A DNA stretch of 64,000 nucleotides from Candidatus Bathyarchaeia archaeon. Lineage in GTDB: Archaea > Thermoproteota > Bathyarchaeia > Bathyarchaeales > Bathycorpusculaceae. This document shows positions 55,417 through 64,000 of the stretch, in pieces (position 1 is the first letter of the stretch; each line of letters starts with the position of its first letter). The DNA lies in the NCBI GenBank assembly GCA_050015395.1, contig JBEKBM010000015.1:689-64688 (forward strand), given 5' to 3'. A program made the translations under genes and the position numbers. The notes beneath the pieces were generated by a model. The model searched no databases, had not been told where the DNA came from, and saw only the letters and a list, made by a program, of their open reading frames with translations.

Positions 55417-56367
55417 TTGGTCTTAGTCAGCGTCCTTCTGCCATCTTACAACCATGAAAAGTACATCTCCGAATCGATTGAAAGCGTTCTGAACCAAAGC
55501 TTCAAGGATTTTGAGTTAATAATAATTGACGATTTCTCCAAAGACAATTCAAGAGCCATAATTGAAACCTATCAAAGAAAAGACAAAAGAATTAAAGCCT
55601 TTTTCCACGAAAAAAACATGGGCATCGCGTCAACCCTGAACGATTTGCACTCGAAAGCATCGGGTAAATACGTTGCGTATGTTGCTTCTGACGATGTTTG
55701 GGATAAGCTGAAGCTTGAAAAGCAACTGGCAATATTGCAGAAGAATGATTCGTTTGTTGTTTGGTCTGAAGGTGAGATAATTAATGAAAATGGTTCTCCC
55801 ACAGGCCAAACGTTTACTCAGATGCATTTGGCCTCTAACAGAAGAAAGAGCGGTAAAATTTTTGAAGAACTATTAAACGGAAATTATGTTTTTGGAACTA
55901 GTTTGATTTACCGAAGAGACTTTGCGCTTGACCTTCGGTATGATGAGAAGCTAAAATACCTTAATGACTATGAATTTATGGTAAGCTTGGCAAAAGAGCA
56001 TGAATTCTTTTTTATTCCTGAGTTCCTTGCAAAATATCGAATTCACGGTAAAAATTCTATATTATATAACAATACTAAATGGAACCAAGAGCGAATTTTT
56101 ATTTACAAGTATTTTCTAAGCAAGTACAGCAGAGAAATTACCAAAGAAACAAGAGCCGGCCTGAATTTTAACCTGTATAGATGTTATCACGACTCAAACG
56201 AGAAGATACTTGCCAATTTCTTTCTCCTTAAGGCACTAAAAAGTAGCTGGTTATTGTATGAAGTAAAATCTGCGTTAACCAAAGACAAAAACAGCATCAA
56301 TAACCTTCGCTATTTCATGAGTGCTGAAATAAGAGGGACCCTGACAAGTCTTCGCTTTAGATTTTAG
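55417..56367 (+). CDS. family 2 glycosyltransferase
   Basis: VSVLLPSYNHEKYISESIESVLNQSF, IIIDDFSKDNS and ASDDVW. The start is unclear: TTG at 55417, while an ATG at 55404 is out of frame across a T5 run. Confidence 0.8.
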   Translation: MVLVSVLLPSYNHEKYISESIESVLNQSFKDFELIIIDDFSKDNSRAIIETYQRKDKRIKAFFHEKNMGIASTLNDLHSKASGKYVAYVASDDVWDKLKLEKQLAILQKNDSFVVWSEGEIINENGSPTGQTFTQMHLASNRRKSGKIFEELLNGNYVFGTSLIYRRDFALDLRYDEKLKYLNDYEFMVSLAKEHEFFFIPEFLAKYRIHGKNSILYNNTKWNQERIFIYKYFLSKYSREITKETRAGLNFNLYRCYHDSNEKILANFFLLKALKSSWLLYEVKSALTKDKNSINNLRYFMSAEIRGTLTSLRFRF

Positions 56368-56521
56368 AACTTATGAATTAAATGCAATAGTTATTACCAA
56401 GAAGCTAACTTTTGACACAATATTATTTTTAATCATTCTTAATCGCAAAATTATTTAGCCTTGAATTGATTATCTTACGTTAACTGTAGGTGAGCTTGAA
56501 TGTTACACAAAAGAGGTAACG

Positions 56522-57150
56522 ATGCTGAAAATTGTCTTTTTATCTACGGTATTTGCTTCTCGTAGCGGTGGCGCAGAAGTTGCAACCGAATTGCTCTTTA
56601 AACAGTTAAAGAACGCTGGGCATACAGTTTACATTATTTCAACAAGAAAACCAACGAGTAATTTCGACGGCTTAATCACATTAGATCGTATAAGCACGCG
56701 CGAACCAGAGCTACCAAAACTCAAAAAACTCACCAATACGCTTGAACTTCAATCTTGCGTAACATTCCCAGGCTGGGTTAGCCAAGAGGAAATAATGCAG
56801 TTTTATGAGAATTCGGATGTTGTTCTAATACCTTCCATCTATCCAGAATCGTTCGGTAGGGGGTCGATTGAGACTATGAGTTTTGGTAAGCCTGTGGTTG
56901 CAAGTAATGTTTGGGGGATTCGTGAGGCTGTGGTTGATGGTGTTAATGGTTTTTTGGTTCCTCCGGGGATGCTGATGCGTTGGCTGAGGCGGTTTTGCGG
57001 CTTGTTAGGGATCGTTGTTTGCGGGAGCGTATGGGGCAAACTGGACGAGAAATTTTAGAGAAACGGTTTAATCGTAAACAAATTGTTAGTCAAACAGTCA
57101 AACTTTATGAAGAAGCAATACGCACTTGTGCCCAAAGATCGAAGTATTGA
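56522..57150 (+). pseudogene. chimeric GT4 pseudogene (third copy of the 45578/46989 paralogue family) with internal deletion and frameshift
   Basis: The N-terminus MLKIVFLSTVFASRSGGAEVATELLFKQLKNAGHTVYIISTRKPTSNFDGLITLD joins directly to the C-terminal third (...PELPKLKKLTNTLELQSCVTFPGWV...ESFGRGSIETMSFGKPVVASNVWGIREAVVDGVNGFLVP). A 1-nt deletion near 56963 follows. The shifted frame continues DADALAEAVLRLVRDRCLRERMGQTGREILEKRF... to the TGA at 57148. Confidence 0.8.
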
Positions 57151-57666
57151 TCTTACCTAATATTGGTAATAAACAGCATTATTATGGATGCCTAATTTTA
57201 AAAGAGGGGGTTGTTTGAGAATAGCTATTGTATCGCCTTTAAGATTTACCAGCGTTTATGTTATCACAACAAAATTATTTCAAGCTTTAAAAAAAGAGAA
57301 CTTTGATGGCGAAAACTATGAACATGAACGCTTTTAAACCGGATTTTTATATTTGCCATAGTATTACAACGAGTAAAGCCAATGGAACAGAGATGGAGAA
57401 TTCGACCTTTTTGGGCATGTTACATCTGATTGAACGCTTTGCAAGTTAGCTTTAAACACCGTGTAATAATTATAAGATGTCTGAGAAAAATTCCGAGAAT
57501 TACTTATTATCCATGCGAGCGTGCTAAGGGTTCTGTGCGGAAACGTGGTTGAGGAGCTATTAATGTCGATATTTTAGAGGCAATTTTACCTCCTCAGAAA
57601 AAGACGAGAATAATGTATAAGGCGTGAAACTGGGTGAGAACAACATTGCAATCTGACAAGGCTCTC

Positions 57667-58845
57667 ATGGTGCACTTCATCAGCAACGCTTGTGAAGAAG
57701 GGAGGCTGGACACGCAGAGATTAAAACTTCTTTCGAAAGACGCGGGATTCACATGTACAAACAATGTTAGGCAGGCTGATTTCATCCTGTTCTACGCATG
57801 CGGGCACATCATCGCGTATGATGTTGACTCTGCACGAATTATCGAAAGGATAAACAGGCTGAAAAAACCCTCAGCCAGACTCATAGTGTGGGGCTGTCTT
57901 CCCAAAATAAACCCTGGGGCCATCCAAGAAATTTATGACGGTCCCCTCGTCGGTCCAGAAGAGTGGGACTTCTTCGCCGACCTTTTCAATCAACCGAGGG
58001 GAAGAATTAACCAGGTTTTTGCCAACGACCTGTGCTCTTATGCAAACTCTCATTCAAAACTCACCAAGCCCCAACGAATAATCGACTTAATGCTTGAGAA
58101 GATCTACAGTTACATCGACTGGAGGTGGTACATAAAAATAGTGAGTGGGTGTAGGAACTGTTGCACCTACTGTAGTGATCGTCTTGCCTATAAATGGACA
58201 AGAAGCGTACCCGTCGAAACAATTCTCAGGCAGTTCGAACTTGGACTGAAAGCAAATTGTAAGCATTTCTTTTTCATCGGAAGAGATCTTGGTTCTTACG
58301 GCTATGACATAGGCTTAACTCTGGCTGACCTACTGAACAAAATAGCAGAGACATACCCAAACCAGACCTACAAAATATCAATATGTAGCGTGTCCCCAAA
58401 TTCCTTAATCGACCTGTACCCCAAACTAGATCAAACATTATTATCCAAAAGGATATTCGAGATCGGCAGCCACATTCAGGTGGGAAGCGAGAGAATACTG
58501 AAACTAATGGGCAAGACGTTTAAACTCGACGACTGGAAAAAAATCATACAAGACATCGACAAAAACTACCCGAACATACGCGTAAACACAAGCATAATGC
58601 TGGGGTTCCCAGGAGAAACAGAAGAGGACTTCAAAAAAACAATAAATCTACTCATCAACCTACTTTTCGACAGGATTGATGTGTACACATATTGTGAAAG
58701 ACCGAATCTTCCATCATTGAAATTGAAAGACCGTGTGCCAGAGGCAATCAAAATGAGAAGAACGAAAAAAGCTCAAAACTTGGCGAGAGTTAACACCCTC
58801 AGGAAAAGGATTAAAAGAAATCGAATCCTACACTTGGGAACATGA
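57667..58845 (+). CDS. radical SAM enzyme of the MiaB/RimO methylthiotransferase-like architecture
   Basis: UPF0004-like N-terminal domain (MVHFISNACEEGRLDTQRL...ADFILFYACGH), radical SAM cluster SGCRNCCTYC (CxxxCxxC) and a C-terminal extension. Confidence 0.7.
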   Translation: MVHFISNACEEGRLDTQRLKLLSKDAGFTCTNNVRQADFILFYACGHIIAYDVDSARIIERINRLKKPSARLIVWGCLPKINPGAIQEIYDGPLVGPEEWDFFADLFNQPRGRINQVFANDLCSYANSHSKLTKPQRIIDLMLEKIYSYIDWRWYIKIVSGCRNCCTYCSDRLAYKWTRSVPVETILRQFELGLKANCKHFFFIGRDLGSYGYDIGLTLADLLNKIAETYPNQTYKISICSVSPNSLIDLYPKLDQTLLSKRIFEIGSHIQVGSERILKLMGKTFKLDDWKKIIQDIDKNYPNIRVNTSIMLGFPGETEEDFKKTINLLINLLFDRIDVYTYCERPNLPSLKLKDRVPEAIKMRRTKKAQNLARVNTLRKRIKRNRILHLGT

Positions 58846-59002
58846 TGAACCGTGCGCACGCGCTCATTATTGGGATTGACTGAATTCTGCTTTTTATTGC
58901 AGGGAATAACTCGCGCGCTAGTAATGTTATGCAAAAAAACACCGATATACAGACGGCATAAATGAATAGCGTTTTTTGCTATATTTGGGTTTGGTGAATT
59001 AT

Positions 59003-59627
59003 ATGAGTACTTCTCTACAAATAAATTTGGAAATAATAACCATTTTCGATCATTTTACAAAGGAAAGCAAAAGCGCTCACTTTATACTTGACATAGGTTC
59101 AGGTTTGGGGCAAAATGGTTTTCTGTTAAGGTGACATGGGTGGAGCGAAAATCTTTCCTTCAATATTATTGGAGTAGAGATATGGAAACCGTACGCGTTG
59201 GCTGTAAAATCTACTCGCGTCTATTGATGATTTAGTTATTGCTGACGCTAGGCGCCCTCCTTTTAAAGAAGATACATTCGACGTAATCGTTGCGAGCGAG
59301 ATCTTGGAGCATATGAATAAGCAGAATGGTGTCAAAATGTTATGCGAAATGGAAAAGCTATCAAAAAGCAGCGGTTTACTAATAACTTCAACGCCACAGG
59401 CAGAAGTGGAGCAGGGCGCCATTCACGGAAATTCTTTCCAGATTCATGTTAGTATATGGACTAAGAAAGAATTGGAAAGATTTGGTTACAGCGTAATCTT
59501 TAGTCCTTTAGCAATCCGGTTTCCGAGAATTGGTCATGTGTTCTTGCCGGCAAGAAACTTTAACCGAAATGTTACTGTTAACCGAATCGCTAATGTCGCA
59601 TTTTTCTTTTTTTGGCTTGCTTTCTAA
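59003..59627 (+). pseudogene. class I SAM-dependent methyltransferase, one in-frame TGA plus one frameshift
   Basis: MSTSLQ...AHFILDIGSGLGQNGFLLR (motif I), TGA at 59132, HGWSENLSFNIIGVEIWKPYALAVKSTRVY, then a frameshift near 59222-59225, then (I)DDLVIADARRPPFKEDTFDVIVASEILEHMNKQNGVKMLCEMEKLSKSSGLLITSTP (motifs II-III). Confidence 0.65.
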
Positions 59628-59887
59628 TGTTCTACCTGTACTTAGCGGTCAAATGATTGCGTACAAAATTGTGCACAAAAATGTTCCCAAGCCAAATACA
59701 ATAATCTGAGAGCATTTGGGCAGGTATAGATGAAGCGCGCGTTGTAATTGTTATTAACCAAAAGTGCTATTTTTTCCGTGAGATTAATCCGAGCGCTTTT
59801 TCCGCTTTTTTTATGTTTGAATGCTTTTGTATAGGTTAACACTTTCTTTGGCATTCTTGTCTAAAAAGATAAAAAGTATCGCTGGGA

Positions 59888-61330
59888 ATGATACAACAAG
59901 AGGGGAACATGTTCCACTTAGAATCAGTAAAGAGAATTACGCGGCATCCACTATTTATGTTGGCAGTGGTAATTGTCGCGTTTCTCGTTGCTTTTGTCTC
60001 CGTTTTATCCGAACCCAGAGTTCAACAGATGGGTTCTGATCCATATTTTATTTTCCAAGTTATTCCAGTGCCATATTGGATTGGGATTTCAGTAATTGTC
60101 TGCACTCTGTTTTTTATGATTCCGCATTTGAAAGAAAACCGTTTTAGAGCCTTGTTTATTTTTTCGTCAATAGCGCTGGTAATCTGTTTTAGAATGGTTT
60201 TTCCCATAATTTTCACTACTGTTCCCGCATACGAACCTGACGCCGCAAATTATATGAATATAATGAGCTCATGGGTTACGCGTGGGATAGATTTTGGCAT
60301 ACCAGGAAACTATCAGTACGATTTTCCTATGTCCTTTCTCGTTGCTTTTGCATTCGTAAAACTTGGCGTTCCCTTAGACACTTTTTACCGTGTTGCACCT
60401 TTCGTTATCTACGCCTTAGACATCATATTCTTGTACCTATTAGTAGAAAAGGTGATGCCGGAAAATAAGAAGAGTGCCATTCCCGCTTTGTCGGTTTTTT
60501 TGTTCTCTTTTTCATCCCTGGGCTATTGGGTCACCGTACACTACTGTCCTGATTTATTTGGGTCATTAATGTTTTTTGTTTGTTTGTACCTTGGCGTTAG
60601 GTTTGCTAAGGCTGGCGAATGGAGCGTCAAGTCTCTGCTGCCAGTTTTTGTGAGCCTTTTTGTTCTAATTCTTTCCCATCATTTGAGCACTTTGTATCTT
60701 ATCGTAACATTTTTTGGTCTTTCGCTTTCAGTCTGGTTCTTTAAACCAGTTCAGTTTAAGAGGGGTCCTCTTGCCTTCTTCATCTTGGCAATTTTCACTT
60801 ACAGTGTTTGGTTCGTTTATGGTTCACTCATGTACCCATCTTTCTTTGATGTTTACGTTTACTTCAGCGGTTTCGGAAGTGTAACTACGCAATCAGCCTC
60901 AGCAGGTTTGTCTATCAACCTGAATTTTGTCATTTATCCGTTTTTCATTTTTGTTCTTTTTGCCATAGAATTCTTAAAGGTCCTACAGATACAAAATCCC
61001 CTGTCGCTGTTCAAGCACATACGAGAAAAACTGCGCGAAATTCGGATAAGAGAATCTGGCAATACCCTCTTAGTGTTCTCGGTGGGCTTTATTTTTGTCT
61101 TTGTTCTTTTCGTGGTAGGTCTTGGTGTTCCAGTGCTTTTCGGCACCAGAATCCTCGAGGTACTTTTCATCGGTTTATATCCCCTTGCAAGCCAAACATT
61201 GCTTAATCTTGCCGATGGCAATTCTTCAAGGAAGAAAAAGGCGTTCATATTTGTGATTGTACTCTTAGTGGTCTTAGGGAGTCTTTTCAGGTATTATAAT
61301 CAAATTCAGAGACGAGTGATTTTGCTATAA
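59888..61330 (+). CDS. polytopic membrane protein (about 12 helices), candidate glycan polymerase/GT-C-type or flippase-like component
   Basis: 480 aa, very hydrophobic, with no soluble domain, embedded in the glycosyltransferase cluster. The functional class is inferred from context only. An alternative ATG lies at 59909. Confidence 0.65.
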   Translation: MIQQEGNMFHLESVKRITRHPLFMLAVVIVAFLVAFVSVLSEPRVQQMGSDPYFIFQVIPVPYWIGISVIVCTLFFMIPHLKENRFRALFIFSSIALVICFRMVFPIIFTTVPAYEPDAANYMNIMSSWVTRGIDFGIPGNYQYDFPMSFLVAFAFVKLGVPLDTFYRVAPFVIYALDIIFLYLLVEKVMPENKKSAIPALSVFLFSFSSLGYWVTVHYCPDLFGSLMFFVCLYLGVRFAKAGEWSVKSLLPVFVSLFVLILSHHLSTLYLIVTFFGLSLSVWFFKPVQFKRGPLAFFILAIFTYSVWFVYGSLMYPSFFDVYVYFSGFGSVTTQSASAGLSINLNFVIYPFFIFVLFAIEFLKVLQIQNPLSLFKHIREKLREIRIRESGNTLLVFSVGFIFVFVLFVVGLGVPVLFGTRILEVLFIGLYPLASQTLLNLADGNSSRKKKAFIFVIVLLVVLGSLFRYYNQIQRRVILL

Positions 61331-61410
61331 ATGAACAACTTTAGTGGTGCGTTTAGGGTAAAAGAAACCGTAACAGCCCCGTTCAGTAAAGCAATTTTGA
61401 GGAAATTCTT

Positions 61411-62574
61411 ATGAATATTTGCATGTTTAGTCCTTTTTCATTCTCGATGGCGTCAAGCACTCATCGGTTGGTATCTTTTGCTGAAGAATTGGTCAAAAGC
61501 GGTAATGAAGTTTGCATAGTCTTACCGAGTTTTGATAGGCATTCAAATTTTAAGATGCAAAAACTTGATTCTTTTCATGGCGTTCGCCTCATTCAGCCAT
61601 ATCAACCCCGAATTCATGCAGTCGAGTTATCAACCATGCCATATATCGTAACATCATTTTTGAAAGAGTTTCCTATAAATTACGATGTCATGCATGTCCT
61701 TAAGCCTCTGCCCATTACCTGCGCGCCTTATCTTTTAAAGCAGCTAAAACGGACTCCGATTGTCCAAGACATGGACGATTTAGATCATAATGTGATGATT
61801 GCAGAAAAACAGTCACGATCAAGAGTTCAACTTGTGGAGTATTGTGAAAGGATTTTACCTAGGCTTTCCGACCACATTACCACCTGTTCTTCTTCCTTAA
61901 AACAAATTTATGTCAATATAGGTTTTAAAAATGAAAAAATTACTTGGATTCCCAACGGAGTTAAAACTTCTGATTTTGATATAAATCCGCAAATATCTCT
62001 AAAAAAAGAGTTCGCGTTGAGAGATAAAGTGGTGGTCTATTTGGGATCGCTAAATAATCAAGTTCAAGTTTATCCTTTGATTAAAGCAATGGAACTCGTT
62101 GTAAAGGAAAGAAATGACGTTTCCTGCATGATTATTGGTGATGGTACGGCAAGATCCTTTTTTGAGCAACTGACTGAAAATTTGCGCTTGTCCGACTACG
62201 TCAAATTTACTGGACATATACCCTATGATGACGTTGCGAGGTATCTTTCTGTATCTGATGTTGGCTTTGCTTGCTTTCCTCCTCCGCTTGCAAGTACTGG
62301 CGGTGCCTTGAAAGTATTCATGTATATGGCGTCCGGACTCCCTGTTATTGTGAATCCAGTGGGTGATTTGCCCTACTACATTGACTTTGGCAAAGCGGGA
62401 ATCGTATCTCAACTGAATCCGCAAAGCCTATCTGTTGCATTGCTTGAGCTTTTGGGTGATGATACGATGAGAAGAAAGAAGGGGCAATATGCTCGAGCTT
62501 ACGTAAGAGAAAACTTTGACTGGTCCGTCTTGACTACGCGGCTTTTGAAAATATACCGTGATCTTAGCGGTTAA
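61411..62574 (+). CDS. family 4 glycosyltransferase
   Basis: VVYLGSLNNQ, GDGTARSFFEQL and GGALKVFMYMASGLPVIVNPVGD blocks. This is a diverged GT4/GT1-fold protein. Confidence 0.75.
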   Translation: MNICMFSPFSFSMASSTHRLVSFAEELVKSGNEVCIVLPSFDRHSNFKMQKLDSFHGVRLIQPYQPRIHAVELSTMPYIVTSFLKEFPINYDVMHVLKPLPITCAPYLLKQLKRTPIVQDMDDLDHNVMIAEKQSRSRVQLVEYCERILPRLSDHITTCSSSLKQIYVNIGFKNEKITWIPNGVKTSDFDINPQISLKKEFALRDKVVVYLGSLNNQVQVYPLIKAMELVVKERNDVSCMIIGDGTARSFFEQLTENLRLSDYVKFTGHIPYDDVARYLSVSDVGFACFPPPLASTGGALKVFMYMASGLPVIVNPVGDLPYYIDFGKAGIVSQLNPQSLSVALLELLGDDTMRRKKGQYARAYVRENFDWSVLTTRLLKIYRDLSG

Positions 62575-62624
62575 GCGGGTCGGTTTGTCGTACAGCGTTG
62601 ATTCGGGGTGTAATCGAGTAAACT

Positions 62625-63779
62625 ATGCATGTTTATATGATAGGGTCTCCCAACTTTTTGTTTCCAGAGCCACTAGGAGCCATTGAACGCTACGTCTACG
62701 GGCTGTCAAAAGAGTTATCAAAGAAAATTTACGTCAGCGTTTCTGGGTTCGGAAGTGGTGAGGAAAAATCTGGAACCTTTTCTCTGAAAACATACTCATC
62801 GAGAAGTTTTATGGCATTTAGTCATTTCCCTGAGGAACGATTGCGAGGGATGAGTTGTGGGGCAATTCATAATGCATACGCGTTTAGAGACATTCTCAGG
62901 GTTCACAAGAAACGCCCGATAGATATCATTCATGCCAATACCATATACTCTGTTCCTATAGCTACAGTCTGCAAGATAGCTCTTGGCATCCCGTTTGTTT
63001 GCAGCGTCCACAATGAACTGTTGACCGCCCAGCCCTTTTGCACCTGTGATAGAGTGCTACCGGTCAGCAATTATTTAAGGCGCTTTATAAGCCAGAAGAG
63101 CACACTTTCTGATAGAATGGATGTTCTACCTGATGCTATCGACACCAGTGCCTACAACGCTACCACAAGCATTGAAGAGGCAAAAAAAGAACTTGGGCTC
63201 TCAAATCGTAAAATCATCCTTTTTGTTGGGCGAAAATGTCCTGAGAAGGGACCTCAAGTTTTGGTTGAAGCGCTTCAATCTGTGGCTAAGTGCTATTCGG
63301 ATGTACTTGGCGTTTTTTTAGGTCCAGACAACTATTTCGGTTCACAGTCATCAAGCTACACCGAACGTCTGCTTGCGCAAGCAAGAAGATGCGAAGTAGA
63401 GAAGAACTTGCTCTTCAAAGGATACGTTTCTGAGCATGAACTTCGGCTTTATTACAGTGCAGCTGACGTTTTTGCCTGTCCATCTATCTGGAATGAGCCT
63501 TTTGGCATGGTTTTGTTGGAAGCGTTGAGCTACAGAAAACCTGTGGTGGCTAGCAAGGTCGGAGGAATTCCTGAAATAATCAAGGATGGAAAAACTGGCT
63601 TTTTGTTTTCACCCGGTAACTCTCAGGAATTAGCTGAAGCCATAGTTCGGTTGTTGAATAATCCAGTTTTTGGAGAAGATTTAGGTGCAAATGGTAGAAG
63701 GCTGGTGGAGGCGCAATTTAGTTTTGAGGCAGTTGGTAGCCGTTGTCTTGAAATCTATAAGAAAGTGCTAAGTGCATAG
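62625..63779 (+). CDS. family 4 glycosyltransferase
   Basis: EPFGMVLLEALSYRKPVVASKVGGIPEIIKDGKTGFLF and FVGRKCPEKGPQVL. Confidence 0.85.
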   Translation: MHVYMIGSPNFLFPEPLGAIERYVYGLSKELSKKIYVSVSGFGSGEEKSGTFSLKTYSSRSFMAFSHFPEERLRGMSCGAIHNAYAFRDILRVHKKRPIDIIHANTIYSVPIATVCKIALGIPFVCSVHNELLTAQPFCTCDRVLPVSNYLRRFISQKSTLSDRMDVLPDAIDTSAYNATTSIEEAKKELGLSNRKIILFVGRKCPEKGPQVLVEALQSVAKCYSDVLGVFLGPDNYFGSQSSSYTERLLAQARRCEVEKNLLFKGYVSEHELRLYYSAADVFACPSIWNEPFGMVLLEALSYRKPVVASKVGGIPEIIKDGKTGFLFSPGNSQELAEAIVRLLNNPVFGEDLGANGRRLVEAQFSFEAVGSRCLEIYKKVLSA

Positions 63780-63881
63780 GAATGTATACAAGCGATTTTA
63801 ACTTGGACTCATGCGAATGGGTATCTTTGTAGGCACCAAAATATGTAGACTAAATATGCTTAACCATTAAGGTGGATACGC

Positions 63882-64000
63882 ATGGGAACAATTGATATAG
63901 CTGAAAACATTTTTGCACAGCAGAAATGGGTACGTAAAGTAATCTTGAGAGCTTATGAAGCGTCAGCACTTCAGAATGTTTTCGTAAACCTTGCAGTTCG
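63882..64000 (+). CDS. start of an unidentified ORF running off the window end
   Basis: ATG at 63882 preceded by GGTGGA. MGTIDIAENIFAQQKWVRKVILRAYEASALQNVFVNLAV... is open to the window edge. Confidence 0.3.
   Translation, partial: MGTIDIAENIFAQQKWVRKVILRAYEASALQNVFVNLAV

Noticed and set aside
55404-55456. Out-of-frame ATG (MVKVFGLSQRPSAILQP-stop) just upstream of the GT2 gene, suggesting a T5-run frameshift at its start
   Set aside because: The GT2 frame has a usable TTG at 55417, and the conserved domain is intact from VSVLLPSYN onward. A frameshift cannot be distinguished from a simple alternative start without reads.
58826-58840. T-loop-like string tcgaatcc, and a general scan for tRNA genes
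   Set aside because: The string lies inside the MiaB-like CDS with no acceptor or anticodon stem around it. I found no convincing cloverleaf anywhere by eye. A tRNAscan run would be needed to be sure.
38700-59134. Possibility that the in-frame TGA/TAG codons reflect stop-codon reassignment or programmed read-through
   Set aside because: TGA and TAG terminate many intact, conserved genes in this window at the expected family C-termini. TAG ends both amt genes, map and PGI/PMI. TGA ends several GT4 genes. The genes with internal stops also often carry frameshifts, so pseudogenisation is the simpler reading.

Overview
Archaeal chromosomal window. It carries archaeal-type housekeeping genes: type-2 methionine aminopeptidase, AsnRS, archaeal/eukaryal-type TrpRS, bifunctional PGI/PMI, myo-inositol-1-phosphate synthase, a DUF171-type SPOUT methyltransferase and an orphan 5S rRNA gene.
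Layout:
- 1-2.0 kb: the N-terminal part of an ISH3/IS4-like transposase gene plus a translationally coupled 4-gene small-ORF operon.
- 2-19 kb: mostly housekeeping, with a repeat-rich receptor-like surface protein (7.9-10.5 kb) and a CDF transporter with three tandem cytoplasmic domains.
- 19.4-23.3 kb: an uncharacterised operon of a P-loop GTPase-like gene, its decayed paralogue and a ~588-aa coiled-coil protein, framed by exact tandem duplications.
- 24.6-30.1 kb: an island-like block of vapBC, three paralogous Pol-beta nucleotidyltransferase genes with OB-like C-termini, a CitG-family gene, and an RHH antitoxin with a frameshifted relE.
- 30.7-37.7 kb: an Isf-like flavoprotein, two amt paralogues, MarC and a secreted beta-propeller protein.
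- 38.6-64 kb: a large, rearranged surface-glycan biosynthesis cluster. It holds 7 intact GT4 genes and 3 GT4 remnants, 3 GT2 genes, an FdtA-like isomerase, a DegT aminotransferase, acetyltransferases, ATP-grasp and HAD enzymes, two radical-SAM enzymes and a polytopic membrane protein. It also contains several pseudogenes, a HEPN-MNT cassette and gene-conversion tracts.
The best candidates for an undescribed system are the NTase x3 + CitG block and the GTPase/coiled-coil operon. All functional calls come from motif recognition by eye on the supplied translations or my own translations. No database search was run.
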